Of a stretch of 64,000 nt of DNA, positions 40,825 to 51,200 are shown one piece after another. The translations under genes were made by a program, and so were the position numbers. The notes under the pieces were generated by a model. The model worked only from the letters and a program-made list of their open reading frames with translations, ran no database searches and had not been told where the DNA came from. Source of the DNA: an uncultured Bacteroidales bacterium (GTDB lineage: Bacteria; Bacteroidota; Bacteroidia; Bacteroidales; P3); the NCBI GenBank assembly GCA_900318175.1, contig ONJQ01000011.1, positions 5,373-69,372 of the forward strand. Direction: 5' to 3'. Positions within the stretch are counted from its first letter, which is position 1; the number at the start of each line of letters is the position of its first letter.

Positions 40825-42135
40825 TCAATCGTCACAAGCGAAGTTTTCAACAATTGTAGAATTGGACACAAGCATCGGGGTCACTACGCCCGCCAACGCT
40901 ACATCATAGGGGCGTTGAAGACGGATATAATTCTCTGTCCAGCCCTGCATCATCGGTGCCTCATCCCCACCATGGTGAGTATGTTCCCATAGCACTGTAT
41001 GTTCCTTGTTCATCTGGCTCTCAATAAAGGCATGACGCATGGTGTCTGAAAGAGCGTGCAGTTCTGCCCCACGTGCTTTACGCACCTCTACGGGCACCTT
41101 CTCCCCCATACGCAGAGCTGCCGTGTTGGGCCGGTCGGAATAGGGGAAGACATGCAAATAAGAAATGGGCAGACTGGCAATAAATTGCTTACTGCGTTCA
41201 AACTCGGTGTCGTCCTCGCCGTTGAACCCAGTGATGACATCTGCGGCGATACAGGCATCGGGCATGGCCTTCTTGATGTATTCCATCCTGTTGGCGTAAA
41301 GAGCCGTATCGTATCTGCGGTGCATCATCTTCAGCACCTTGTCCGAGCCAGCCTGCAGTGGGATGTGAAAGTGTGGCAGGAAAGCTCTCGACGAAGCCAC
41401 GAAATCAACAATCTCCTCGGTAATCAGGTTGGGCTCGATGCTTGAAATGCGGTACCGCACAATGCCTTCAATCTTGTCCAGCTGGCGCAGCAAATCCACA
41501 AAAGTCTCGCCATGAGCCTTGCCAAATGTTCCCGTGTTGACACCCGTCAATACAACCTCACGCGCTCCCGTAGCCGCAATCTCATTTGCCACAGCAACCG
41601 TCTCGGCAATCGTTGCCGAACGGCTCCTACCACGGGCCATAGGAATAGCACAATAGGTACAGAAATAGTCGCAGCCGTCCTGAATCTTAAAGAAAGTGCG
41701 GGTGCGATCTCCACCCGAATAGCAAGGCACAAAACTGCGCGGTTCGGGGTTGATGACACAAGGCTTATCGCCATCTCCCGGAGTCTTATCCTGTTGTCGC
41801 CAGTAGTCCTGCACAACCTCAAGCAGTCTGTGCTTGCAGTCATTCCCCAGTATGATATTCACACCAGGGATAGCCGCTATCTGCTGGGAATCGTTCTGGG
41901 CAAAACAACCTATCACAGCTATAGTGGCCGAGGGGTTTTGCGACAAAGCTTGACGGATAGCATTGCGGCACTTTTTTTCGGCAACAGCCGTAACTGTACA
42001 GGTGTTTATGACATATAAATCTGCTTTTTCCTTATACGTAACGATGTTAAAACCAGCATCCGAGAACACGCGTTGCAAATAACTGGTTTCAGCAAAGTTT
42101 AATTTGCAACCTAGGGTGTGGGTAGCGACTTTCAT
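40825..42135 (-). CDS. mtaB: tRNA (t6A37) methylthiotransferase, radical SAM
   Basis: 436 aa. It has the UPF0004 N-domain (HTLGCKLNFAETS..VINTCTVT), the radical-SAM cluster motif CDYFCTYC and a TRAM-like C-terminus. Confidence 0.88.
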   Translation of the reverse strand: MKVATHTLGCKLNFAETSYLQRVFSDAGFNIVTYKEKADLYVINTCTVTAVAEKKCRNAIRQALSQNPSATIAVIGCFAQNDSQQIAAIPGVNIILGNDCKHRLLEVVQDYWRQQDKTPGDGDKPCVINPEPRSFVPCYSGGDRTRTFFKIQDGCDYFCTYCAIPMARGRSRSATIAETVAVANEIAATGAREVVLTGVNTGTFGKAHGETFVDLLRQLDKIEGIVRYRISSIEPNLITEEIVDFVASSRAFLPHFHIPLQAGSDKVLKMMHRRYDTALYANRMEYIKKAMPDACIAADVITGFNGEDDTEFERSKQFIASLPISYLHVFPYSDRPNTAALRMGEKVPVEVRKARGAELHALSDTMRHAFIESQMNKEHTVLWEHTHHGGDEAPMMQGWTENYIRLQRPYDVALAGVVTPMLVSNSTIVENFACDD

Positions 42136-42192
42136 AAGAGTTAAAAAGAATTAAACCAGCGAATAAACTTTTGCTATGTTAGAAAATGTTAG

Positions 42193-42200
42193 TAATTTTG
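42193..42200 (+). promoter_or_regulatory. plus-strand -7 box TAATTTTG with TTTG -33 element 19 nt upstream (42170-42173); no plus-strand CDS follows
   Basis: Both Bacteroides promoter elements are present with canonical spacing. See the sRNA-candidate finding. Confidence 0.5.
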
Positions 42201-42301
42201 CAACCGCATTTGAGAGAGAAATACAGTATTTCTTTTTATCAATCAGATGCTTAGGTTTTTTTGTTTTACCTAAAAAGGATTTTGTAATAGTGTTTAATGG
42301 G

Positions 42302-42334
42302 AAACGGGACGCCGTGAGGCGCCCCGTTTTTTTA
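42302..42334 (+). terminator. plus-strand intrinsic terminator (AAACGGGACGCC GTGA GGCGCCCCGTTT + T7)
   Basis: A GC-rich stem followed by TTTTTTT on the plus strand only. Confidence 0.7.
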
Positions 42335-42343
42335 TTCAACTCT

Positions 42344-43384
42344 CTATTCAAAGTCGAACTCACCACCTGCCTCTTGTGTCTGTTTCTGCAGCTGGAGACT
42401 GTGAAGCATCTGCAGACAGTCTTTGTCCGGGTACACGATGAAGTCCGGAGCGGGATCGAGGCTGAGGATTTCGCGGCCTTCGGAGTCGCGGGTAGTGCCG
42501 ACTATCAAATCAGTGGCCACCATGATGCGGGCCTCTTTGTTGGCAAGGGTAAAACGCCCGTCGCCGACATGGGAGTAGAGCCGTTCGGGTTCTTCGTTGT
42601 CGACGAGGGTGGTTCCGTCAGGCAGATAAACAATGGTCTGGTTCTTGCCATGGGGCAGCATATAGTTAATATCGTAGATGGAGAGGTAACGCTCTTCGGG
42701 GATGGCGAGGCGAACTTTGCGGTCGCGCAGGGTGCCGTTGTTCCAGGTCTCGTCCACCACAAGGATGCTTTTCTCGTAGTAGCGGTACTGCCCGTGACGT
42801 TCGCCGTTGATGTAGTTGCCCTGGCGGACCAGCTGGCCTTCATCATCGTATTCCACCAGCTTGCCCTCTATTCCTCCACGCACGTAGGTAGCGGTGATGT
42901 AGCCTTTGGTGCCAAGGCGTTTCCACCAGCGACCATGTCGGCGGTTGTCGGACCAATTGGTGACTTCGGCGGTGTCGCCATTGGAGTTGAAGATGACTTG
43001 CAGCCCATGGCGGACACCCATCTTGTAGTTAGTCAACTTGACGATCTTGCCCTGCTTGGAGTAGAACTGCCACAGGCCGTCGCGGTTTTTCTGATTGAAG
43101 GTGCCGGTGGCCAAGAGGTGGCCGGCGGGGTCGTAGACGGAGTGGGTGCAGACTTTGCCGGGCACGGTATAGACGTTGGTAATGCGCACGGTGCCGTCGG
43201 GGTAATAGTAAGTAAAGGTGCCAGTCTCCATGCCGTCGACGAAGGTGCCTTCGTAGACTTTGGCCCCTTTGAGGTCGGTTTTGAGCCAGTGGCCTTGGCG
43301 ACGACCTTGATTGTCAATCTTGTTCTGCGCCTGGCAGACGATGCCGGCGAGGAGCATGATGAGTAGGATTGCTTGGTGTTTCAT
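42344..43384 (-). CDS. MORN-repeat (YwqK-like) periplasmic protein
   Basis: 346 aa with a signal peptide. It has repeated G-x-W-x-x-Y-Y-x-x-G-type units (HGRWWK, DGLWQFYSKQGK, HGQYRYYEK). Confidence 0.78.
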   Translation of the reverse strand: MKHQAILLIMLLAGIVCQAQNKIDNQGRRQGHWLKTDLKGAKVYEGTFVDGMETGTFTYYYPDGTVRITNVYTVPGKVCTHSVYDPAGHLLATGTFNQKNRDGLWQFYSKQGKIVKLTNYKMGVRHGLQVIFNSNGDTAEVTNWSDNRRHGRWWKRLGTKGYITATYVRGGIEGKLVEYDDEGQLVRQGNYINGERHGQYRYYEKSILVVDETWNNGTLRDRKVRLAIPEERYLSIYDINYMLPHGKNQTIVYLPDGTTLVDNEEPERLYSHVGDGRFTLANKEARIMVATDLIVGTTRDSEGREILSLDPAPDFIVYPDKDCLQMLHSLQLQKQTQEAGGEFDFE

Positions 43385-43538
43385 CTTTGTTGTTTAATGT
43401 GTTAATCGGTTGCGGGCAGGGAGCATGCGCGGGTAAATGCAGCGGTGTTAGCTGCTACCGGCAGGGGTTCACCGACCCAAAATAATTTGCAAAAATACAA
43501 TTTTTTTTCAAATAGTTCGTTTATTGGGTGCTTTTTTA

Positions 43539-45995
43539 ATGAACAGGATACTCTTCATAACTCTATTGGCCTTATTGCCATTGCTTTCGCCCACACTGAG
43601 GGCGCAGGGGACGCTGCAGGGCAACGTCCACACCACCGAGGGAGACCCCATCCCCTACGCAACCGTGGGGTTGCTGAATACCCCCAAACCGCAGGGGACG
43701 ACCACGGACAGCCGCGGTCGCTTCAGCCTGACGGTTGCAGTGGAGGACTCGGTGACGCTGCGCGTCTCGTGCACGGGTTTCGAGAGCGTGGAACGGCGCC
43801 TACTGGTGGCCAAAGGGGAGACGCTTCAGGTGGACGTGGTGCTTAACCCGTCGGCTAAGCAGCTCAGCACCGTGACGGTGAGCGACGACCGGATACGCAA
43901 CAGCTCCTTCACGCAAATCGACATTCAGCGGATTGAGAACAACGTGGGTCCTTCGGGCAGCGTGGAGGCCGTCATCAAGACGCTCCCCGACGTGAATTCC
44001 AACAACGAACTTTCTTCGCAATACTCTGTGCGCGGCGGCTCCTTTGACGAGAACCTTGTCTACATCAACGGCATAGAGATTTACCGCCCGCAGCTGGTGC
44101 GCAGCGGGCAGCAGGAGGGCCTGAGCATCATCAATCCCGACCTTGTGGACCATCTGGTCTTCTCGCCGGGCGGTTTCGACGCCACCTACGGCGACCGCAT
44201 GTCGTCGGTGCTGGACATCATCTACAGCCGCCCCGTGGAGCGGCGGTTCAAGGCGTCGCTCTCGCTGCTTGGCGGGTCGGCCACTGCTGTCGGCACGCTG
44301 GGCAACCACTTCTCCTACGGCGTAGGGGTGCGCCACCACAGCAACCGCTATCTTTTCAAGAGCATGGACACTGAGGGCAACTATTCCACCTCCTACACCG
44401 ACCTCCAAGCCATACTCCGCTACCGCGTGAACGACAGCCTCGACCTCAGCCTCCTGACGGTGTGGACCAACAACGTATACGGTCTTGTGCCCTATTCCCG
44501 CACCACCACCTTCGGCACCTTCAACCAGTCGCTCAAACTGAACGTCTATTTCGACGGCCTTGAGGATGACCGCTACCGCACGCTGCTCGGCGCCTTCACG
44601 CTCAACTACCACCCCAACGACGACTTCCAGCTGCTATGGATCAACTCCGCCCTTGCCAACCGCGAGCAGGAGAACTTCGACATCCAAAGTCAGTATTGGC
44701 TCTATGCCATCGGCGTGGGCGAGAACGCGGGCGACACGAACCAGTTTGACCAAGGGGTGGGCACGTTCCTCGAACACGCCCGCAACCGCCAGAATATGGC
44801 CATCTATGCCTCCGAACTCAAGATGGTGCGCTACGCCCTGCTCGGTTCCTGGGCTTTTGGGCTCAAAGCCCAGCTGGAGCACACCACGGGGAGCTTGCGC
44901 GAATGGAAATGGGTGGACAGTGCCGACTATTCCTACCCCACCGACCACCACCTGCCCGGCGTGGACGATACAGCCGTTTTCAACCCCGCCCTACAGTTCT
45001 TCTGCAATGCTGCCGGAAGCGTGCAGACCCTCCGTGGCAGTGGCTATGTGCAGCGCGACATCAACCTTTTCACCCGCCACGACGACCTTTTCAAAATCAC
45101 CGCCGGCCTCCGCTGCCAGTACTACACCACCCGCTCCGATTCGCTCCACCTCAACAGCCAGTTCCTCCTCTCGCCGCGCCTCTCCGCCAGCTACAAGCCC
45201 CATGCAGGTCCCGACCTCCTCTACCGCCTTGTCGCAGGGCTCTACCAGCAGCCCACCCTCTACCGCGAGCTGCGCAACCCTGACGGCACCCTCTGCGCCG
45301 GTGTACCCGCCCAGCGCTCCTACCTCGCCTCCGCCTCCGTCGACTGGAACTTCCGCCTGTGGAACAAGCCTTTCCGCCTCACTGCCGACCTTTACTATAA
45401 ATATATCACCAACCTCATCCCCTACACCATCGACAACCTCCGCCTCCGCTACAACCCCGGCGTACCCGCCGTGGGCTATGCCACTGGGGCCTCCCTCCGC
45501 ATCAATGGCGATTTCGTCCCGGGCCTTGAATCCTGGGCCTCGCTCTCCGTGATGAAAACCCAGGAGGACATCCTGAACGACAACCTCGGATGGATCAACC
45601 GTCCCACCGACCAGCGTTTCAGCTTCAAGATATTCTTGCAGGACTACATCCCCTCCCTCCCCTGGTGGCGGATGAGCCTCAGTTTCATCTACGGCACCCG
45701 CGTGCCCACAACCTATCCCTACCAGACCGACCGCTCCATTGAGCGCTACCTGCCCCCCTATTTCCGTGCCGACTGGGGCAACACCATCCAGCTCACCCGC
45801 TTCGAGCGCATCCGCCGCTCCCGCATCGGCCAGTTGTTCGACGACCTCTCCGTCTCCGTGGAGGTCTTCAACCTCTTCAACTACCACAATGTCGTCTCCT
45901 TCATCTGGGTGGCCGACTACACCAACTACTACTGGGCCGTCCCCAACTACCTCACCGCTCGCCAACTCAACGTCAAACTCAGCGCCACCTTCTAA
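43539..45995 (+). CDS. TonB-dependent outer-membrane receptor with N-terminal carboxypeptidase-regulatory-like domain
   Basis: The start is MNRILFITLLALLPLLSPTLRAQG. It has a CarbopepD_reg-like domain (GNVHTTEGDPIPYATVGL), a plug and a barrel, and ends in ..LNVKLSATF (terminal Phe). Confidence 0.83.
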   Translation: MNRILFITLLALLPLLSPTLRAQGTLQGNVHTTEGDPIPYATVGLLNTPKPQGTTTDSRGRFSLTVAVEDSVTLRVSCTGFESVERRLLVAKGETLQVDVVLNPSAKQLSTVTVSDDRIRNSSFTQIDIQRIENNVGPSGSVEAVIKTLPDVNSNNELSSQYSVRGGSFDENLVYINGIEIYRPQLVRSGQQEGLSIINPDLVDHLVFSPGGFDATYGDRMSSVLDIIYSRPVERRFKASLSLLGGSATAVGTLGNHFSYGVGVRHHSNRYLFKSMDTEGNYSTSYTDLQAILRYRVNDSLDLSLLTVWTNNVYGLVPYSRTTTFGTFNQSLKLNVYFDGLEDDRYRTLLGAFTLNYHPNDDFQLLWINSALANREQENFDIQSQYWLYAIGVGENAGDTNQFDQGVGTFLEHARNRQNMAIYASELKMVRYALLGSWAFGLKAQLEHTTGSLREWKWVDSADYSYPTDHHLPGVDDTAVFNPALQFFCNAAGSVQTLRGSGYVQRDINLFTRHDDLFKITAGLRCQYYTTRSDSLHLNSQFLLSPRLSASYKPHAGPDLLYRLVAGLYQQPTLYRELRNPDGTLCAGVPAQRSYLASASVDWNFRLWNKPFRLTADLYYKYITNLIPYTIDNLRLRYNPGVPAVGYATGASLRINGDFVPGLESWASLSVMKTQEDILNDNLGWINRPTDQRFSFKIFLQDYIPSLPWWRMSLSFIYGTRVPTTYPYQTDRSIERYLPPYFRADWGNTIQLTRFERIRRSRIGQLFDDLSVSVEVFNLFNYHNVVSFIWVADYTNYYWAVPNYLTARQLNVKLSATF

Positions 45996-46116
45996 TGGAG
46001 GCAAGGTCATCAATAACACCGCAGAGGCCAAAGAAGCCAGTGCGGTGACCACACCACCGACAAGGAAACTGCGTCCCGAAGGGACGCGACAACAGAAACA
46101 AAGAACACACAACAAT

Positions 46117-47364
46117 ATGCTCTCAGCACCATCCATCGCCCCGCTCATCCCCACCAGCCACCCGCTGCCCAACGGCAACACCCTTTTCCTTTTCCGCAAC
46201 GACTCCCTCGGCATCGTCAAGCTCGACCTCACCCTCGAAGCCGGCAGCGCCTACCAGACCCGCAAAAGCCAAGCCCACGGAGCCAACCAGCTCTTTGGCG
46301 AAGCCACCACGCAGCTCCCCGCCGCACAGATGGCCGAATTCCTCGACTTCCGCGGAATCGTGGTGGAGCGCATGGCGGACACCTGCACCGCCAATCTCTC
46401 CTTCTACTTCATGCGCCGTTTTGCCGACCAGCTCTTCCCCCTCATCGCCCAGATGTTCCAAGCCCCGGTGGTCACCCCCCAACTCTTCGATGCCTATCTC
46501 AGCCGCCGTTCCGCACAGCTGAAGACCAACTTCCAAAAGACCAACTACCTGGCCCGCAACCTCTACTACGAATTGCTCTACGGCCCCGACCACCCATTGG
46601 GCACCTATGCCCACCCCGAAGACCTCCAGCACCTCACCCTCAGCGACGTGCAGGACTTCATCCACCGGCACTACTCACTGGCTCATGCCCAGCTCATCCT
46701 CAGCGGCCCCATCGACGACGAGCTGCTACGCCTGGCCGACGCTCACCTTGCGCCGCAAGCCTCCACTCCCGCACCCGCCGCAATCGTCCCCGCCACGCCC
46801 CCCCATCAGAAAGCCCAAGTGGCCCACGCACCCCTGCCCGGAGCCGTGCAATCCACTATCCGCATAGGCCGTCTGCTCCCCTTCCCGTGGCACAGCACCG
46901 ACTACACCCGCTTCATGGTCCTCAACACCCTCCTTGGCGGCTATTTCGGCTCCCGCCTCATGAGCAACCTGCGCGAGGACAAAGGCTACACCTACGGCAT
47001 CTACAGCCAAACCCAGATATTCCGCAACAGCATCGCCCTCTACATCACCGCCGATGTCGCCGCGGCTGCCACCGCCGACGCCGTCACCGAGATCAACAAC
47101 GAAATCGAGCGTCTTCGCCAAGAGCCCGTCACCCAGGCCGAGCTGGACCGCGTGCGCAACTATATGATGGGCGACTTCATCCGCAGCATCGACGGCACCT
47201 TCGAAATCTCAGAGCGTTACCGCCAAATGGTGGCCACCGGCGTCGACGAGCGCCTCTCCACCAACCTCATGCAAACCCTCGCCGACGTCACACCCGCCCA
47301 GCTTCACACCCTCGCCCAAACCACCCTCACCGACTTGATAACCGTCACCTCCGGCCCAGCCTGA
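46117..47364 (+). CDS. M16 (pitrilysin/insulinase) family protein, probably non-catalytic (HxxEH replaced)
   Basis: The start is MLSAPSIAPL at 46117. The track ORF from 45739 overlaps the receptor gene and is not credible. AHGANQLF occupies the position where HxxEH is expected. The C-terminal half (SRLMSNLREDKGYTYGIYS) is typical of M16. Confidence 0.78.
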   Translation: MLSAPSIAPLIPTSHPLPNGNTLFLFRNDSLGIVKLDLTLEAGSAYQTRKSQAHGANQLFGEATTQLPAAQMAEFLDFRGIVVERMADTCTANLSFYFMRRFADQLFPLIAQMFQAPVVTPQLFDAYLSRRSAQLKTNFQKTNYLARNLYYELLYGPDHPLGTYAHPEDLQHLTLSDVQDFIHRHYSLAHAQLILSGPIDDELLRLADAHLAPQASTPAPAAIVPATPPHQKAQVAHAPLPGAVQSTIRIGRLLPFPWHSTDYTRFMVLNTLLGGYFGSRLMSNLREDKGYTYGIYSQTQIFRNSIALYITADVAAAATADAVTEINNEIERLRQEPVTQAELDRVRNYMMGDFIRSIDGTFEISERYRQMVATGVDERLSTNLMQTLADVTPAQLHTLAQTTLTDLITVTSGPA

Positions 47365-48230
47365 TATTCATACCCCCAACCCCGCCTGATATTCATACCC
47401 CCGACCCCTTTCAAAAGGGGAGGACTGACGCGGTTGTTTTCTTCCATTTTGTTGCAGGGCTGACGCGGTTGTTTTCTTCCATTTGGATGCAGGGCTGCCG
47501 CGGTTGTTTTCTTCCATTTGGTTGCAGGGCTGACGCGGTTGTTTTCTTTTATTTGGACTTACTGCTGTGGAATCTCCTGTCGACACTGACCCGCCACCGC
47601 GAACTCCCCTCTTCAGAGGGGCTGGGGGTATGCCTCTATTACGGCATCTCTTTCATACCCCCGGCCCCTTTCAAAAGGGGAGGGCTGACGCGGTTGTTTT
47701 CTTCCATTTGGTTGCAGGGCTGCCGCGGTTGGCCCCCTCCATTAGGATGCAAGGCTGACGCGGTTGCTTTCTTTTATTTGGATCTACTGCTGTAGACTCT
47801 CCTGTTGACACTGACTCGCCACCGCGAACTCCCCTCTTCAGAGGGGCTGGGGGTATGCCTCTTTAACGCGGCCTTTTGTTCATACCCCCGGCCCCTTTCA
47901 AAAGGGGAGGGCTGACGCGGTTGGCCTCTTCCTTTTGGTTGCAGGGCTGACGCGGTTGGCCTCTTCCTTTTGGTTGCAGGGCTGACGCGGTTGTTTTCTT
48001 TTACTTGGATTTACTGCTGTGGAGTCTCTTGTTGACACTGACCCGCCGCCGCGGACTCCCCTCTTCAGAGGGGCTGGGGGTATGCATCTATGACGGCATC
48101 TTTTTCATACCCCCGACCCCTTTCAAAAGGGGAGAGCTGACGCGGTTGGGCTCTTCCATTTGGTTGCAGGGCTGACGCGGTTGTTTTCTTCCATTTGGGT
48201 GCAGGGGTGACGGGGTTGGCAGCTCCGTTG
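47358..48230. repeat. nested tandem repeat: about 3.5 higher-order units (260, 227, 225 bp, then truncated), each containing 3-4 copies of a 35-bp sub-repeat (CTGACGCGGTTG-N6-TYCCATTTGGTTGCAGGG) plus several short GC hairpins
   Basis: Sub-repeat starts at 47425, 47460, 47495 and 47530 give an exact 35-bp period. The higher-order marker CATACCCCC recurs at 47394, 47654, 47881 and 48106. There are no unique spacers, so this is not a CRISPR array. Confidence 0.9.
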
Positions 48231-48270
48231 AGAATAGCGGTGATAGATTGGAGAATGTGTTAGTCATGCT

Positions 48271-51200
48271 TTAATCTGGGGAAGAATAGCCATAATGAGT
48301 ATCAAGGATTAGGCGGATATACTCTTTGTAAATCTCATCCTCTGTCAGTTTGTCATTTTTCAATACATTGTACTTCTGAATCAATTTCACCAGATATCCA
48401 GGAACCAATTCTTTGATATAACCCTTTTCCAGTTTCAATCTCATCTCCTCTCGTTCTATCTCATTCCCATCTGCATCTTCATAGTCTGCATTACGGACAG
48501 GCATTGGATAGATCCAGCAATTCCCATATTCTGAAATACTATAACCTAGTTGAGGAGCATACTCCTTCCCTACCACTATTTTTTTGTACTCTTTAAGACC
48601 ATATAATAATCCATAAGGATAATCGCCATAATAAGCCTTAATATCATTTGTATCAATTTCAACAAATTGAGGTGTCCCTACATCTGTCTCTACGGCGTAT
48701 GCGATATGAACTCCTGTAGTAACAATCCTACTACACACAAAACTTTCAGGGTATTCCAACGAAATGTCACCACATAATAATGTAAAATCAGATAGCAGTA
48801 GATTCCTTCTTAGTTTTTCTCTCTCCTCTTTAATATCAACTCCAGGCGAGTCAAAGATTACTAATTTCCTTGCCTCAAACAATTCTTTAGCTGTCACTGT
48901 ACTACCATCCATTTTGATACAAGAAGTTTCATCCAAGAGATAATCATCCAAAGGTTGGTAATCCACATTAATTGGATTTGGCAAAATCCAATTTCCACTA
49001 CAAAACCCATAATATTGCCTTTGGAGAGAATGCTTATTATCATCATTGTTTTCACAGGCTTCTTTACACACTTCCAGCAGTTTTGGATACACCAATCTGA
49101 GAATATCAGGAGATAATACATCCCATGTTTTTTTCAACCTATCCCTTCCCTGGGGAAGCAACCTATCACGAGAGATAGTCACAAACTTGTCTGCCTGCCT
49201 ACAAAAAAGGTTCCACTTACGTGCAAATGCGGCGATGCCACTACTTAGTGGAATATCCCGAAAGTATAGTTGTTTATGATATTTATATTTATGTCCAACA
49301 AAAGATACAACTACCTCGGAACCAAACTTTTTTTCTTCTATTTGGAAAAGGAGCCTTCCATAGTCATCCCATTTCCAGCCAACTCTGAAGTGCTGCTCCT
49401 CCGAAAGAAATTCGTACTTATCACCTTTTTCCTCCTTACCAAAGACTTTTGTCTGATACTTTGACGTATAGAGGATGGGTATATTTTCCACACTATTAAA
49501 AGTACGGTTTATATATCCTTCGACTTTACTCACAATGTAATAGGGGACGCTATCCATGTTTTTCATTAGTTCGTCCAAATCATCCCTATCCAACTCGAAC
49601 AACTCTCCTAAATGGTTGGTATCAATCTCAATTGAAACTGTGGTGCCATGGGAAACAGCCTTTGTCTGCTTAGTCCCTGGGATAGGACGTTTAAAGTCGA
49701 TATTCTCCTCTTCGATGGAGCAGAAACTGCCATCCACCGAGGAGCGGAAAACAATCCTCCGCGTTGGCTCGCCTGGATAATGAGTGTCGACGGTGAACTC
49801 ATTAGCGACATAAAAGACCGTCTGCAGGCCCAAGCCAAAAGCGGCTGTCGGCTGCAGAAAGTACGGCATCTTCTCCACCATGGCTTCATAGTCCCTGTCC
49901 GCCTTGCGGCTGGCCCCCACTTGGCTGGTCATCCGTATCAAACTCTCCTCTGAAATGCCTGTCCCCCAATCCTCGCAAACCACTCGCACCACCTGTTTCT
50001 CTTCGTCATATTCCACTTTGAGGTTTATCGGATAGCGCTCATAGATAGACTGGGGAACGTCGCTCGCAAACTTGATGTCGGCAGCCGACCTGATGTCACG
50101 TTCCGGGTTTGTCAGATGGTATGGAAAGTAGTAATCCATATCTTTCCATATCTGCAACTTGGTTGCGTCCATGGCGTTTTGCACAATCTCGCGAATAAAC
50201 ACCCTTCCAGGATTTTTATAGATAGCACCCCCTTTCAGCATCTCAAAGGTACGCTTGCTTGATATGTCAAAACGAAGATTCCGCAACTCCGGGCGCGTCT
50301 TCGCCCCTTTGTAGTAGATTTTGATACTGTCATTATGCAGTACGGGTGGGAGCCCGCCCAAATCGGCAGGGGCTATGCGGTTCCAGTTTTGGCTCTGCTT
50401 CTCCACCTCTTTTTCCAACATGTCGAACAGCTCGCGGGTCACACGGTAAGAGGCATCGGTGGGGCAGTCCAGCTCCGCCTCAATCCCGTCGGGCGAGATG
50501 AGCAGGTGTTTCACAGCCTGGTGCTTATCGAAATGCGCCTTGGAGGATTCCGGCATTTCTTTCAGCGTAGATAATGTAAAATCGTTGAATCGGTTGCTGT
50601 CCACATCGAGCAAATCGCCCAAACGTATCATGCAAGCAATGAACCGCGGGTGCACCTTGTCACCCCGCAATCCATCATCCTCATGAGGCAACTCCATCAA
50701 CTCACCGAAATTGGCGCCATGCAGATGTGCCACATCGGCCAACAAAGACAAATAGCGTGACGGGAATGCATCACAATAGAAATCGTGAGCCATCTTGGCA
50801 AACAAATCATCCTTTTTGTTCAAGTAATCTTTGCTTCTGTCGCCATGGCCGCCACGCATCTGCTGCGCGATAATCAGAGTGACAGCATTGCGCAGTTCCA
50901 ATGCCCATTTGAAACCCTTTGCCGGGTCGTCAGGGAGAAGTCTTCGATTCAGCAACAAGTTGGCAGCATCTGAAATCTGCTTGTCGGCACTGGAGGCGTA
51001 TGTTGTCAGCAAATCCGCCATTTCAGGCTTATCCCACTCTTCCTCCAGAAAGGTGTAGGACATATACATGCCAAGGTCATGCGTCAAGCCTGCCATAAGT
51101 ATCAGGAAGGTGTCGGTAGGGCCGAGCCGCTCCACCCTGTCGCGCCCCAACAGCCGTTGGATATTATCGAGCAAGGTCATGGAATGGCTGTCGTCATGCC

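Noticed and set aside
43385-43538. Cobalamin or other riboswitch upstream of the TonB-dependent receptor.
   Set aside because: The gap is only ~150 nt. It lacks a B12 box (GCCACTG-like) or an extended conserved structure and holds just a near-consensus promoter.
45739-46116. Upstream extension of the M16-like gene (track ORF starts at 45739).
   Set aside because: It would overlap the last 257 nt of the TonB-dependent receptor gene, and the translation there is Ser/Pro/Thr-rich noise. A proper start follows at 46117 (MLSAPSIAPL).
46887-47795. 302-aa ORF and other ORFs (47368-47586, 47567-47758) across the repeat region.
   Set aside because: They are frames kept open by the repetitive sequence. 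Their translations are Arg/Pro/His-rich nonsense that overlaps the 3' half of the M16 gene out of frame.
47358-48230. Possible CRISPR array, because of regularly spaced 35-bp repeats.
   Set aside because: The 35-bp units are directly abutting with no unique spacers. They are embedded in a higher-order tandem repeat, and no cas genes are present in the window.
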